Shown here piece by piece: positions 1 to 22,400 of a stretch of DNA of 64,000 nucleotides (within the stretch, counting starts at the first letter, position 1; each line of letters starts with the position of its first letter). Location: the NCBI GenBank assembly GCA_964035545.1, contig OZ037773.1, positions 1,827,751 to 1,891,750 of the forward strand, written 5' to 3'. Source of the stretch: Bugula neritina (taxonomy: Eukaryota; Animalia; Bryozoa). The translations under genes were made by a program, and so were the position numbers. The notes under the pieces were generated by a model. The model was not told the origin of the DNA. It saw only the letters and a program-made list of their open reading frames with translations, and did no database searches.

Positions 1-227
1 TATCATCAAATTTAGACATCATTTTTGGTTTTCAGTAACTAAATTTATGAATCATGTAAATGTGCCCCAGGTCTATATCAATGCTCCAACTTGATGACAG
101 GGGTTACATGACTGTCAGAAACTGCTAAATAAAGTTAAACTTTGAAATGTTAGTTATAATTTAAATTTAGGGTAACTAGAGCATCAATGTTAAATACAAA
201 CACTTTAGAATTACCAACATAACTGTA

Positions 228-321
228 AAATGTAAATAATTTAACTTAACTATTGAAGTGCAGTAGAAGAGTATTTACTCTTCTACTGCACTTCAATAGT
301 TAAGTTAAATTATTTACATTT
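228..321. repeat. Perfect 46-bp inverted repeat with a 2-nt loop, upstream of NEMF
   Basis: 228-273 AAATGTAAATAATTTAACTTAACTATTGAAGTGCAGTAGAAGAGTA is the exact reverse complement of 276-321. Confidence 0.95.
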
Positions 322-395
322 CACTGTGTAGCATAATTTACTAATTAACTAACGTAATGCTATGATTACAATTAACTTAGTTTATGTTCTGCCGC

Positions 396-409
396 GTTGC
401 TATAGCAAT
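396..409. promoter_or_regulatory. RFX X-box-like element just upstream of the NEMF ATG
   Basis: GTTGCTATAGCAAT, one mismatch from the palindrome GTTGCTATAGCAAC. Confidence 0.4.
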
Positions 410-438
410 ATCTTGTGTTTATAAGGACTCAAACTGCC

Positions 439-10520
<10,082 letters not shown>

Positions 10521-11076
10521 CGAACGACAGAGGCATGTAGTGCAACTGTGCGGATTGTCCGTGGTGTATATAAATATGTATTAAGTATTGGGCTGTAGAT
10601 ACCAAACGCTGCACATTTTCACTGAAATATAATTTAGGTGAACTTATAATAACATTAGTGTTTGATTTATAGACGAGATAACTGATAATATTTTTGTTAT
10701 TAAATGATTTAAATAAACAGTCAAGGCTTTTATCTATTTGCTAAACAATTGAGTTTTTTTATTCCAGTAAATAAATAGTAATTGTGTTAGGCACAATCAA
10801 CAATGCTGGTGCCACTTCTAGCTGAGTTTGTTTCTACCATTACATCATCAAGTGTTCAACTTGCTTGTTAATAAACTAAACACAACTGTGCTAAGAATTA
10901 CGTAGCTCTTCACATCAGATAATACAAAACACAACTTGAAAAGTTTTTTAAAACTTGAATCCAAGAAGCAGAAAACCAGTGTTAAACCATGCACAATAAT
11001 TTAGTGATAAATTTAATTAGCCTAGACAATGAGTTCCACTACTGGCAGTAGTCAGTCTCTCAGAGGTTGTGGTCCT

Positions 11077-11585
11077 CTAGATTTCACGTGGGAGTCCTGT
11101 CTTTTCACAACTCCATTCCCACAACTTTTTTGCCTCTTTTTCATCCTGTGCCGCTGCACTTGGACTGGAGATTTTGCAGGCCCTAGAAATACGGTAGAAG
11201 GAATATAGAATATGAGCATATTCAGGGAACTGCAGAGAGACTAGTCCAAGTAACAATACTTTACATAGACAATGCAATGCACACATGTGGTCCTACACTA
11301 CATCGCTCAACCCGCACACCCTCCTAGCTCATTACTTGAGATATTTCCCAGAAACCCCTTCCAGCTCCTCAGAAACAGATGCCCAGATGTTAGTCTGAGA
11401 TCCTTCCACCTCTGTCAGCAGCATGTAGTAAAAAGATATGCACAGGATGCTTAGCGTAGTGTTGAGCAGTCGGTAGGGGAAGTAGTTACGGAAGAACTCA
11501 GTCTTAACAGTTCCTGGATGTAGTCCATTAATAGTAATGTTTCTACCTGGAATAAGTGAGCAGCTTTATATAGTAGTAATTTAGC

Positions 11586-11638
<53 letters not shown>

Positions 11639-14351
11639 TGGTAGTAGTAGTAGCAGCAGTAGTAGTAGTAGCAGTAGTAGTATTAGTAGTAGTAGTAGTA
11701 ATAGTAGTAGTAGCAATAACTAGCCATTTATCTACCAATAATAATTTAATACTACTACCACTGCTACTAGTATTGGTAGTAGTACTTACTATTACTAATC
11801 TAGTAGTATTGAGTAAGTATAGTCACTGACAACACAAACTGCATTCGTTAAGTTATAGCAGAATTATTAACTATACACCTACCAGCTAATAGTGAGTCGA
11901 AATATTTCACAAACAGCAAATTAGCGAGTTTACTCTGTCCATACGCATTTCTGCGCATCTCTCCTTTCTACAAACAGAAGTGAGCATTACATCATGCAAA
12001 TAACAGAGAGAGTACTGCATGGTAACAACTATAGTAAATGTAGATATGAATATACAACAATTAAATACCCAAAAACTGAAACAAGGAATACAACCTGGTG
12101 AAGTGTGGGGCCCTTCAAGGAGATGAACTGATTAGAATGGTAACAGTGACAGTCTATCGAAAACCAGTTTAAAAAGTAAATCATGAAATTGAGATGTTGG
12201 ATATGAAGGTAGACTAGTGTCTACACTAGGCGATGGCAATTAAGTTACAAGAAGAGATGAGGAAGGGTAGACAACTGGAGTATCAGCTATAAGTCTGGTT
12301 AGTCTAGGGATAAAGTTGACTCACCTGTATTCTCTCATATTGAATCGGTCCTCCGGGCATTTTGTGAGCTACGGAGGAGACAACAACAATTCTTGACTTA
12401 CTTGCATCAGTTCCTGCCTTTTCTAGGCAGGGGAGCAGAAGTCGAGTCAAGTAGAAATGACCTGAAAATACAGCGCATGCCACAAGTTAGGTTCACAGGC
12501 TATATCTCACTAAAACATTGCACAACTTATCTTTTATAACAAAAATAAAACTGGTGCTCCCCCCTAAAGTTTGTAAAATACCGGTCCAGCCTAATGTTGA
12601 GAATTATCTAGCTTTGAAACTTGTATTCAAGTTGAGAGAAAGGTTTTAACGAAATGAATAAGGTTCTAGAATTGTGAAAAAGGGTTTGATGCTGTGATTA
12701 AGGCAAACATGCCCAACTTAAAGAAAATAATTTCATGTTTAAATGGAAATAATTCACTCAACAGGGTCACTCACCTAAATGGTTGACCCCCAGGTGTGAC
12801 TCAACGCCATCTTCTGTTAGACTGAAGCCCAATGAGCCAAAACCAGCATTGGCTACTAAAACATCTAGTTTCTCTTCCCCTACAATATCCAGTGTAGAGA
12901 TCATGGAGTACCAGGTCAAATCTTTCTTCTTACAATAAACACAGTGTAGAGATCATGAAGTACCCGGTCGAATCTCTCTTTTTACAATAAACACACTGAG
13001 AAGAGATCACGGAAATAGAAATTGATTTTATCTAAAGTTTATTTAAGTGAGAATCTCTATGTATATAAACAAGATTTGACAGCTTACTCTGTTTGAATGC
13101 ATCGGCACAGTCCCTGACAGACCTCAGAGAGCTCAAGTCTAGCTTGAGTAAATTGACTTGAGCCGTTGAGTTTGTGCTGAGTATGTCTCGTTTAGCTGCC
13201 TCTGCCTTTGTAACATCACGGCAAGCTATATACACTACCGCTCCTGTATACACATGTATATAGAAAGGTAAACATAAACACATGTCTATAAAGTATGCTC
13301 ATATCTGTATTGTTAAAGCAGACACTGGTAATGATTTGCGAAATTTCAACATATTGTTTTTATCAACTGATCAGCATATTTATAATAAATAACAAGCACA
13401 ACAAAGGGTTACATTAACATTAGTTTTGAACCAAATATTAATTTACTGCAAAACTGAGATTTCCCCATATTCTCCATAGTGCAATGACTAGCTAGCATTC
13501 TAGCTAGCATGTTGGAGATCTGCGGCCCTATTACCGATGGGAGCAGAAGTTTTTACATTTACATAAGAATTGAAAAAAAGAATACAACTCTCACTGTATA
13601 TCCAGTCTTTTGGAAGTTGGTTTAGAGTTATCTAATCCAAAGAGAAATACCTCTAGACGCCAAGTCCTTTGCTGTGACTTTACCAAGTCCAGTATTGGCT
13701 CCAGTCACCAACACCACTTTACCGTCTAATCTCACAGAGCTCCGGCATTTGGCAGGTTTGAAAACTGTCAGTCTACACGACATAAATGTATTTCAGTCTG
13801 ATAGTAAATTCTACACAGCATATTAACATGTCTACAATAAATACATTAGTACTAGCAACTGCGAAAGCAATGAAGTTAATGATTATATTTAATTTCATAA
13901 TAACTGCCATAGTCATTATGAGTATCATAGTCATAGTGATAGTAGCGATAACTTTGATAGTTGAATAGATGATCTATATTTCGTAATTGTTGTTGTTTAG
14001 AATTAGTTATTGTAAACAAAAACAATTACCATTAGGGAATATAAATCATCAGCTTAACTATCAATATGGTCAAAATTTAAAGTCAAACTTACAGGTAACT
14101 TGTGATTTATAATTTTTATTTTCAAACTTCAACTTTTACTTTAAGTTCTTTACCTTTAGTTCAACTTTAAGTTCAGTTTTACTTTTAGTTTTACTTTAGT
14201 CTTAGACATTCACTGTTTCAGTGTTCGGTGATTCACATTGACATACTAATAGTAATACTAATACTAATAGTAATACTTATACTTACTTTAAAAGCACAGG
14301 AACAACAAACCATGAGACTGTGAGAGAACCAACAATGATTGCCAAACTCAT
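11077..14351 (-). CDS. Retinol dehydrogenase 11/12/13/14-like short-chain dehydrogenase/reductase; 8 exons
   Basis: Minus-strand exons 14351-14287, 13772-13651, 13243-13088, 12879-12775, 12461-12325, 11967-11883, 11546-11336, 11182-11077 (TAG), all phase-consistent. Hydrophobic N-terminus MSLAIIVGSLTVSWFVVPVLLK; Rossmann motif LDGKVVLVTGANTGLGK; IACRD; KLDLSSLRSVR; LDVLVANAG; TEDGVESHLGVNHLGHFYLT; RIVVVSS; catalytic YGQSKLAN; LHPGTVKTE; AKKLWEWS. Confidence 0.93.
11570..11810. repeat. (TAG)n microsatellite in SDR intron 6
   Basis: Read directly. Confidence 0.9.
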
Positions 14352-14869
14352 GACATCAAAAGATTTGACTTTTACCTAATTTCCAGCTATAAAATATAAT
14401 AATATTAATCAGTGTCACTTACTCCTAGTAAGTAAGTAAGTAACCTGATTGTCACACCCACTGTAGCTAATTAATAACGATCGAAAGTGCACTCGCCAAT
14501 ATTTATTTAAAAAGTCCGAGTAATGTTTGTAAGTTAATCAATCAGGATTGGCTCATCGCCGAACGCAACGTAACATGCTCGTTGGTTATGACAGCAACTA
14601 CATTTACTTCGAAATAAAAAATACACACTGCAGAAGTCGAGTGAGCTGACAGGCACCTGCCATTCAAAGTTTGAGCCTGGAATTCTAACTGTACAAAGCT
14701 ATAGATTTTATTTGGAGCTGCTTATAGTTATAAGGCTAATTTGTTAAAAAGCACGCAAATAATTAACTTAATATTTCCTAATACTCATGTACTTGTAGTC
14801 GTACTGATACCCAAGGTAAAACTTAAAAATAAAACTCAAGTACAAATTCAAATTGAAATGCTAAGACTG

Positions 14870-15090
14870 AAATACTAATAGTAATACTAATAAAGTAATA
14901 GTGCTAGTAATAGTAATACTAATACTATTACTAATACTAATACTAATAGTAATACTAGTACTAATAGTAATAGTAATACACTTACAGTAAATTAAAATGT
15001 AATAGTAATACTAATACTAATAGTAATACTAATACTAATAGTAATACTAATAGTAATACTAATAGTAATACTAATAGTAATAGTAATAAT
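14870..15090. repeat. (TAA/TAC/TAG)n microsatellite
   Basis: Read directly. Confidence 0.85.
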
Positions 15091-16407
15091 TTGATCAGTT
15101 ATAAGTAGAGCCAAAGTGTCACTGATTGTGATTACGCATGGTTTAAGTTATATTCATGCTAGTACTGAGAGTGAGACTCATGCCAATATTTAACTTGTAG
15201 CAAAATAATCTTGAGTCTAGCTATAAATTGCCACTGTAAATTGTAGTAAATTTCTGTGAGTATAACTCTAAGTAGAAGTAGAACCCTATGCAAGTTTTGA
15301 GTATGACTATCATTTTACTTATTACTCCTCAGTATGACTATGACTATAAGTATCAGTATTGCTGTTGGTAAAATTTAAATGATAAGTAATAAATAATAAT
15401 CTGGTCGCAATGAATATAGAATTTTTTTGTTTAGTTGAACATATTGATATTGTTAATGTTTTTGATGGTTATACTGATACTCACTTATTATTATAAAAAT
15501 AACAATGTATAAATGTTGCAATATTATAATAAGTGGTAGGTTACAAGTACCGGCAAGTATATGTTAATAATATGCATTTTATTAAAGTTAATGGAAATAT
15601 TCAATTTGCATGTTCTCAACTCCAAATGTTTTTTTAAAATTAGCATCAGTTTTTAGTTAGTTCAGTTTTACTACTCTGGTAAATATTGCTATTGGACAAT
15701 TTTAATCTACTATCCTGCAATTTATTTTTTTTCCGTTTTCTATTGCTACATTTTCTGCTGAAGAATCTCTGTTTACGTCTTAAGCTGCTACTGTTATTAA
15801 AATGATGGACAGTTGGGTTACTGATAGGTTTCCTGTAAGCAAATAACAGCACACGACACGTTTATACTCGTCATATTTACCTTCAATAAACTGACAATCT
15901 AGTATTCTTATCTAATATGACTAGAACAATGTCAGTAAGTAACCTTGGATAATATTTGAGATTCCATAATTTTATACCATCGCGATTGTCCAGCGGTGAG
16001 CCAATATTGTGGACACCAGAAACATCATACACAAGTGGCTGTTGAATTCTCAGTATTTCACTATTTTTTATTTTCTATATTGTTGGTGTTTTATGGACTT
16101 TGTATTTTGCCAAAATTAATATCTAAACACCAAAATGAAGCTATACTCAAACACCAAGAATACTGATAGTTTTGCTAAACAGGAAAATAGTATTTAAATA
16201 CCAGAATACTAGTAACAAACAAGTAACAAAAACAATTGATAGAACAAATATCAAATATTGACATACTGGTTTCTAAAGTAATCTGAATATCAGCATTAGT
16301 ATTACTCTAAAATTTTTGACAGTGAAACATGCAGAGAAGTAGTTCCATAGAGACTCGGAAGAACATATTAACCAATCAGACTGAAGGCAGATAACTCCTA
16401 TGGAACT

Positions 16408-19400
16408 ATGAGTCACATTAAAGTTGCAGTCAGAGTCCGACCTCTCAATGCAAGGTCAGTGGTAGCAGCAGCTGCCACTAAACACTTTAATTTTAATTTC
16501 TTATTAAAAAGCAGCTTCAACTGTAAGAAGGTAACCTGATTGATTTTGGACAAATGCCAATATTGACATAATTTCTTTTTGATAACTTCATAAAATCATT
16601 GCATTTTGTTATAAATCGAATTTATTTGGTGGTGCACAAGAATTTGCATGTTGGATTTTGTGCAGCTGGTGTTGCTGTTGTAGGGAGATAGACTCTCTGG
16701 CTAAAGTGGTAGTAGAAGTGAACAAGGATACTATATCCATTACCAACCCACGGGTATGTTGTGTGAGCAGCTTGCACTCTAATATAGCTCATGTATAGTT
16801 ACAAGGATATGCAGATGTCATTAATTTACTGAGAAAATACAATTTACCAATGACCTCTAACAGCATATAGGGCTGAGGAAGCTGAGGCAGCATGTTGGTC
16901 TCTAAGCTGGAGTCAGCGTTCTTTAAGCTGGAGTCAGCAGGTGGAGTTGTAGAGAATATTGCTGTGTTGCGGTCACACACAAGTCTCTGATAATATTTTA
17001 TCAATAAACTGAGGCACTTGAGCACTGAAGAGATCAAATAGATTTATTATCAGCTGCTGTAGGTTGCTCACCGGTTTGTGTATCTGAATGGTGGGTGCTT
17101 GCAGTTGATCTGGACACACCTTAGACTTGCCTTTCTCCATACAAGTGTGATGTACTTTGTTATAGCTTGTCCAAACACCTTGATGTGTTACTCTGTAAAC
17201 TCAGTGAACTGTTGTTAATATCTACTTGCGTTGGGAGTGTAGAATATAGTCACAGGGTAACGCAAAGGCTCAAAATAATCTGGTTGCATGGGGGTATAAA
17301 GATTTCTATTATCTTTTCAAGACAGATTCTGATTTACCTTGTTTTTCTGTTATGCGATATGTTTTACACCATTATTTAGGGAAAACAAGTTAGTTAACAT
17401 ATCTCTAGAATTTACTATGTTTAATAAAGTAAGTAGTTGTATTGTCATAGTATATTTACTATAAAGTAAGTACTGTATTGTCACAGTATATTTACTATAA
17501 AGTAAGTACTGTATTGTCACAGTATATTTACTATAAAGTAAGTAGTATATTGTCATAGTATATTTACTATAAAGTAAGTAGTGTATTGTCATATATATTT
17601 ACTATAAAGTAAGTAGTGTATTGTCATAGTATATTTACTATAAAGTAAGTAGTGTATTGTCATAGTATATTTACTATAAAGTAAGACTAAGTAGCGTATT
17701 GTCATAGTATATTTATATCCATTACACTAAGTACTATCATTCATTGATTTAGCTGTTATTTATTCTATTGTATTGCTACGCTTGCATTGCCATTGATAGT
17801 AAACTTTACAATACATTAAAGCTGATGCTACAGCTATCAGTTGTTATGCATTTGTTTACACCACGTGCACTTGGTATCTACTAAATTAGCTATATCATGG
17901 ACTAAATCACACACCCACTTGAGCATTTCCTTGGCCATGCAGCCAACTAGTAAAATACTATCTTGTATGTTGTGGGACATTAAAATATGCTATTCACTCT
18001 ATTACTCAATTTTCTTTTCTAAAGAACCCTCGGCCACCTGAAACTTTACCTTCCCTTACTTAAATGTTAAGATAGTACAAGCAGCTAATAGCTGTACCAT
18101 AACAATACCATAACTTAGTTCTACCCTAGACATGTACCGTAACAATACCACCATATGACTCATACGGTTGTGTGGGAGTTTTCTTGTGTAAGTGTTGTTC
18201 CATGTAGGTCACGTAGATCGAGCATGTAGGTCACATATATAAGTCACATGTACAGGTCAAACGTGTGAGTAGCTGATGACAGTATTGAGTAGATCTGCTT
18301 ATCTTTCAGTTGCATTATAATCACTCACTATGCATGTTAAGAGAGAGTCTGCTGTTGAGACAATTTCTGTTCTCTCCACAGCTGGACGGTAACACTGGTC
18401 AGTCAGATGTGGTCGACTCCAGGGAGAGAGTCAAGTCTTTTGTCTTCGATTACGCTTACCTTTCAACTGAAAGAGAGGCTAGCAACTACGCCTCACAATC
18501 ACAGGTCAGTAAAGTATCAGTACTTGAACCTGTAGTTGCTGTAGTAATAGTAGTGGTGGTAGTGGTAGTAGTGGTGGTAGTGGTAGTAGTGGTGGTAGTG
18601 GTGGTAGTGGTAGTAGTAATAGTAGTGGTAGTAGTGGTAGTAGTGATAGTAGTGGTAGTAGTAATAGTAGTGGTAGTAGTGATAATAGTGGTAGTAGTAA
18701 TAGTAGTGGTAGTAGTGATAGTAGTGGTAGTAGTAATAGTAGTGGTAGTAGTGATAGTAGTGGTAGTAGTGATAGTAGTGGTAGTAGTGATAGTAGTGGT
18801 AGTATAATAGTAGTGGTAGTAGTGATAGTAGTGGTAGTAGTAATAGTAGTGGTAGTAGTGATAGTAGTGGTTGTAGCTGCAAGATAGGTGCAGTAGGCCT
18901 AATCGAGCAATTGAGAATAGCCTGTGTTCTAGATCAAAAATGTAGCAAAAGAAGTTATGTTCTCGCAAGAATTTCAACCTGCGCCCCAAACCAAAATTTA
19001 TAAAGAAATTAAAAAAAACTTAAGGCTATCTCATGTTCTCCACTACTGTTCCTGAATGGTATTTGTAAGATATTACGTATAATATATACTGTAGCATTTT
19101 ATAACACATAATATAATATTATATGCAGTAGAGCCTTACATAATGCTATGCTATATAATAACTAGGGTAGTGTAATATTACATAACGCATAATATAATAT
19201 TATAGAGAAAACAATATAGTGCTAGGTTTAATCCAATACAATATTGTATGTTATATAATATTGTATTGGTAACAGATGATACAATGTTATATAGCAGATG
19301 ATATTATATAGCATCTAAAGTAATATAACATTATATAATATGTGATATAATCATATTCTTAGTCTTCTCTCTATCAGATATACTTATCAAATCTGAAAAT

Positions 19401-22400
19401 TGTTGTAAATTTCACCCAGTTCAACTTTTCAAGTGTTATACACATTTGTTTGGTGATTATACTGTTATCATAAGAGTGTGCTGTGTGATTGTTGGAACTT
19501 CTCAAGTGAATTCAACTCGCTCTTCTTTGCCAATTCCGGTGCTGCTGTGAATAAAAAGTTTAGTGGTTGTCTCCCTTGTCTCTGGCTTGCACTCAGCTCT
19601 CAGTGACAGTCTCGGTGTCTGCATTCCATCAGCTATGATCTATTTATCACATTGTTTTAAAGATAAACAGATTATTGATTATAATACATCCGCTTTGATT
19701 GTGGCAGGTAGACTTACCAACCGTCTCAGCGCCGACTTCATTACTCGCCTGTAAAATTAGTTGACTGTCTCTGCGCCGAGTACCGGCTATTCCACCAACA
19801 GACCTCTTTGAGGCATAATTTGATGTAGAATTTCTCAGGTTACTCGCAACGTGAGACAATAACCTAATTGGAAAAACTAAAATTTGAGTTTAGGAAGCAA
19901 AACTTGAAAATTTAAAGGGACTACATTTTTCTCCAACTGTTATAGTAGACATATTCAGCATCAAGTACTTTCATAGCCCAGGTCAAAGGTTAATCTCATG
20001 CAGGTTGCAGCTGAAATCACTTGCTATTGATGAATTATTGATATATAGAATAACAAAGCTGGGATATTTAGCAAGCTCATGTTTGTTGTTTGTATAGTGT
20101 AATATGTACACTTGTGTAGCTGTTGCAAGTTACCCACTACTTTGTTTATACTGTATTACTAGTTAGTAACCCAATACCTGTAAACAAAGTGGACTCTATC
20201 ACCATTTCCACTGATCTTTTGTTGACTTTGTTGTTTAATAGAAGCAATTCAGTTATGGGATACTTTATATAAATAATACTGCTGGCAATCTGTGTCAAGT
20301 AGTCACTTGTATTTCATTATTTCTTTGGGAATTAGCAGACTGCAATTTGAAACTTTTAAGCAGTATTCATCGTCTGTAATATATGCTATGATATAATCTA
20401 CTGGATGATGTATTATATAATCTACAACTGGATTCTGTATAAACTGTAGTTTCTTTTAGCCTCATTTCCAATGTAACTTGGTAATATTCAATTGGGGGAG
20501 GAGGGCTGCAGTCTTAAAACTTCTTTGTAATACGATTTGTTTACAGCCTTGTGGTACACTATTGTACAGGAGTTACCCGCTCGCCATAGACTCCACTACT
20601 ATATAATCATAATATGATATGTTTGATCTATTTAAATGGTTGCAGTTGGTTAGGGACCTGCAGAATCTATTGTTTTGGTGCATATTACACATATGGTCTG
20701 TATCCACAGTACGTGTGTCTACAGTATATATGTATATACAATATATGTGACGTATATACAGTATGTGCGTATATACAGTATATATGTATATACAGTACAT
20801 GTGTATCTATAGTGCATGTAACGTGGTTATACTAATAGAGGTATAAACTGTTGAGTTTAGAGCTGAAAGTATTTTCTTAACACACTCTAACCAGTCTGTG
20901 ATTTGAAGCATAGCTCATCAATTGTCACTAATCAGTAATAAATACCTGATTAGTATTCTTTAAGATTCTATCCAGTTATTACACACTAGTTAGTTCTAGT
21001 ATAGTATTTATATGGTAACAGTGACACTGTATTTATACACTACAGTATTACCCTATGTTGTATTACACAGTATGTTATAGTGTATTATACATTGTAGTAT
21101 TGCCCTATACATTTTGTATTATGCAGTATATTATAGTAATATAGCACACACTGTATTATACACTGTAGTATTACCCTATGTTGTATCACACAAAGTTATG
21201 CCTGTGTAAATATTGATAAGAAATTAGTAATCAATTAAGTTTAAGTAATTACCCATACTAATGTTGGTCAATAATAACCACTATTTATTACAGGCTATTA
21301 GATTGATTATATCTATTGTATTGTACTTTGTCAATGTGTTTGTATTGTCTTTAGTAATTCTTTTCTTTCTACCTGCAGCTGTTGTATAGAGGCAGCTAAG
21401 GTGTGCAACAGAGCCCAATAGGCTGTGGCTAATTGTTATTATAATGCTATTATTTAATGATAATCATATTTAATTCTCTCAATTTATGTCTGTTTACATT
21501 GAGTTAGTCAATATGAAATTTTATTCTACTTAATGGGATGCTATGATTTGTAAGAGAGGTGAATGAACAAGTGACAGAGTGAGTATTTAAACCACCTGGT
21601 AACGGACAACCTTTGTTATGCTGTAGATATTCCAAGATGCCGGGCACGAAGTGTTGGAAGCCGCCTTTGATGGGTACAATGCTTGTATATTTGCCTACGG
21701 ACAGACAGGCTCTGGCAAAACCTACACTATGATGGGTGAGTGGGCATTCTTCTGAATTAGATAGACAACTCCAAAGCCCAAAGCTTGACTTGTATTATAA
21801 TTTGAAAGAGAGGTAGATAACTTCAAGACGTAACACTTGCTTCACTGAAATAGGCGAGTGGTAAGACAGGAAGTATCTGTTGATATGCATACATGGGGAT
21901 AGCTAGTCACTAGTCAGTATACTTATTTAGCAGGGAAAACAACTCCAAACAATGTAGCTGCTATGCTTTTCATTACCGGGTCGGTTTAGAGTTTAGATAG
22001 CCTAGCTGACATCTGCAATTTTCTATTTTAACAGGAAATGGAGAAGAGGAGGCGGGGCTAACTCCCAGAATCCTGCAAGGTCTCTTCTCCCGAGTGAAAG
22101 AAGCTCAAGACCACCCAGAATGCAGCATTTCCTGTCGTGTCGACGTGAGGTTAGCCAACAGCTTTGCGTATTGTGTTATAGTATACAGTAAAAGTTAGAT
22201 ACAGTGCTCTCTACATATCTGACTGAGCTACGGGTCTCGAAATCTTAGTTTGTGACATAGTAGAATACCAGATTTAACTCACAGTCCGTTAAACTCTGCC
22301 ATTTTGTCTTTATATACACATTTATAAACCACAAAACTGGGGGCTTAAGCCCTTCTCCATGATTTTTGGAATTTAGTGAAAATTGGAGTCTTGAGATACA

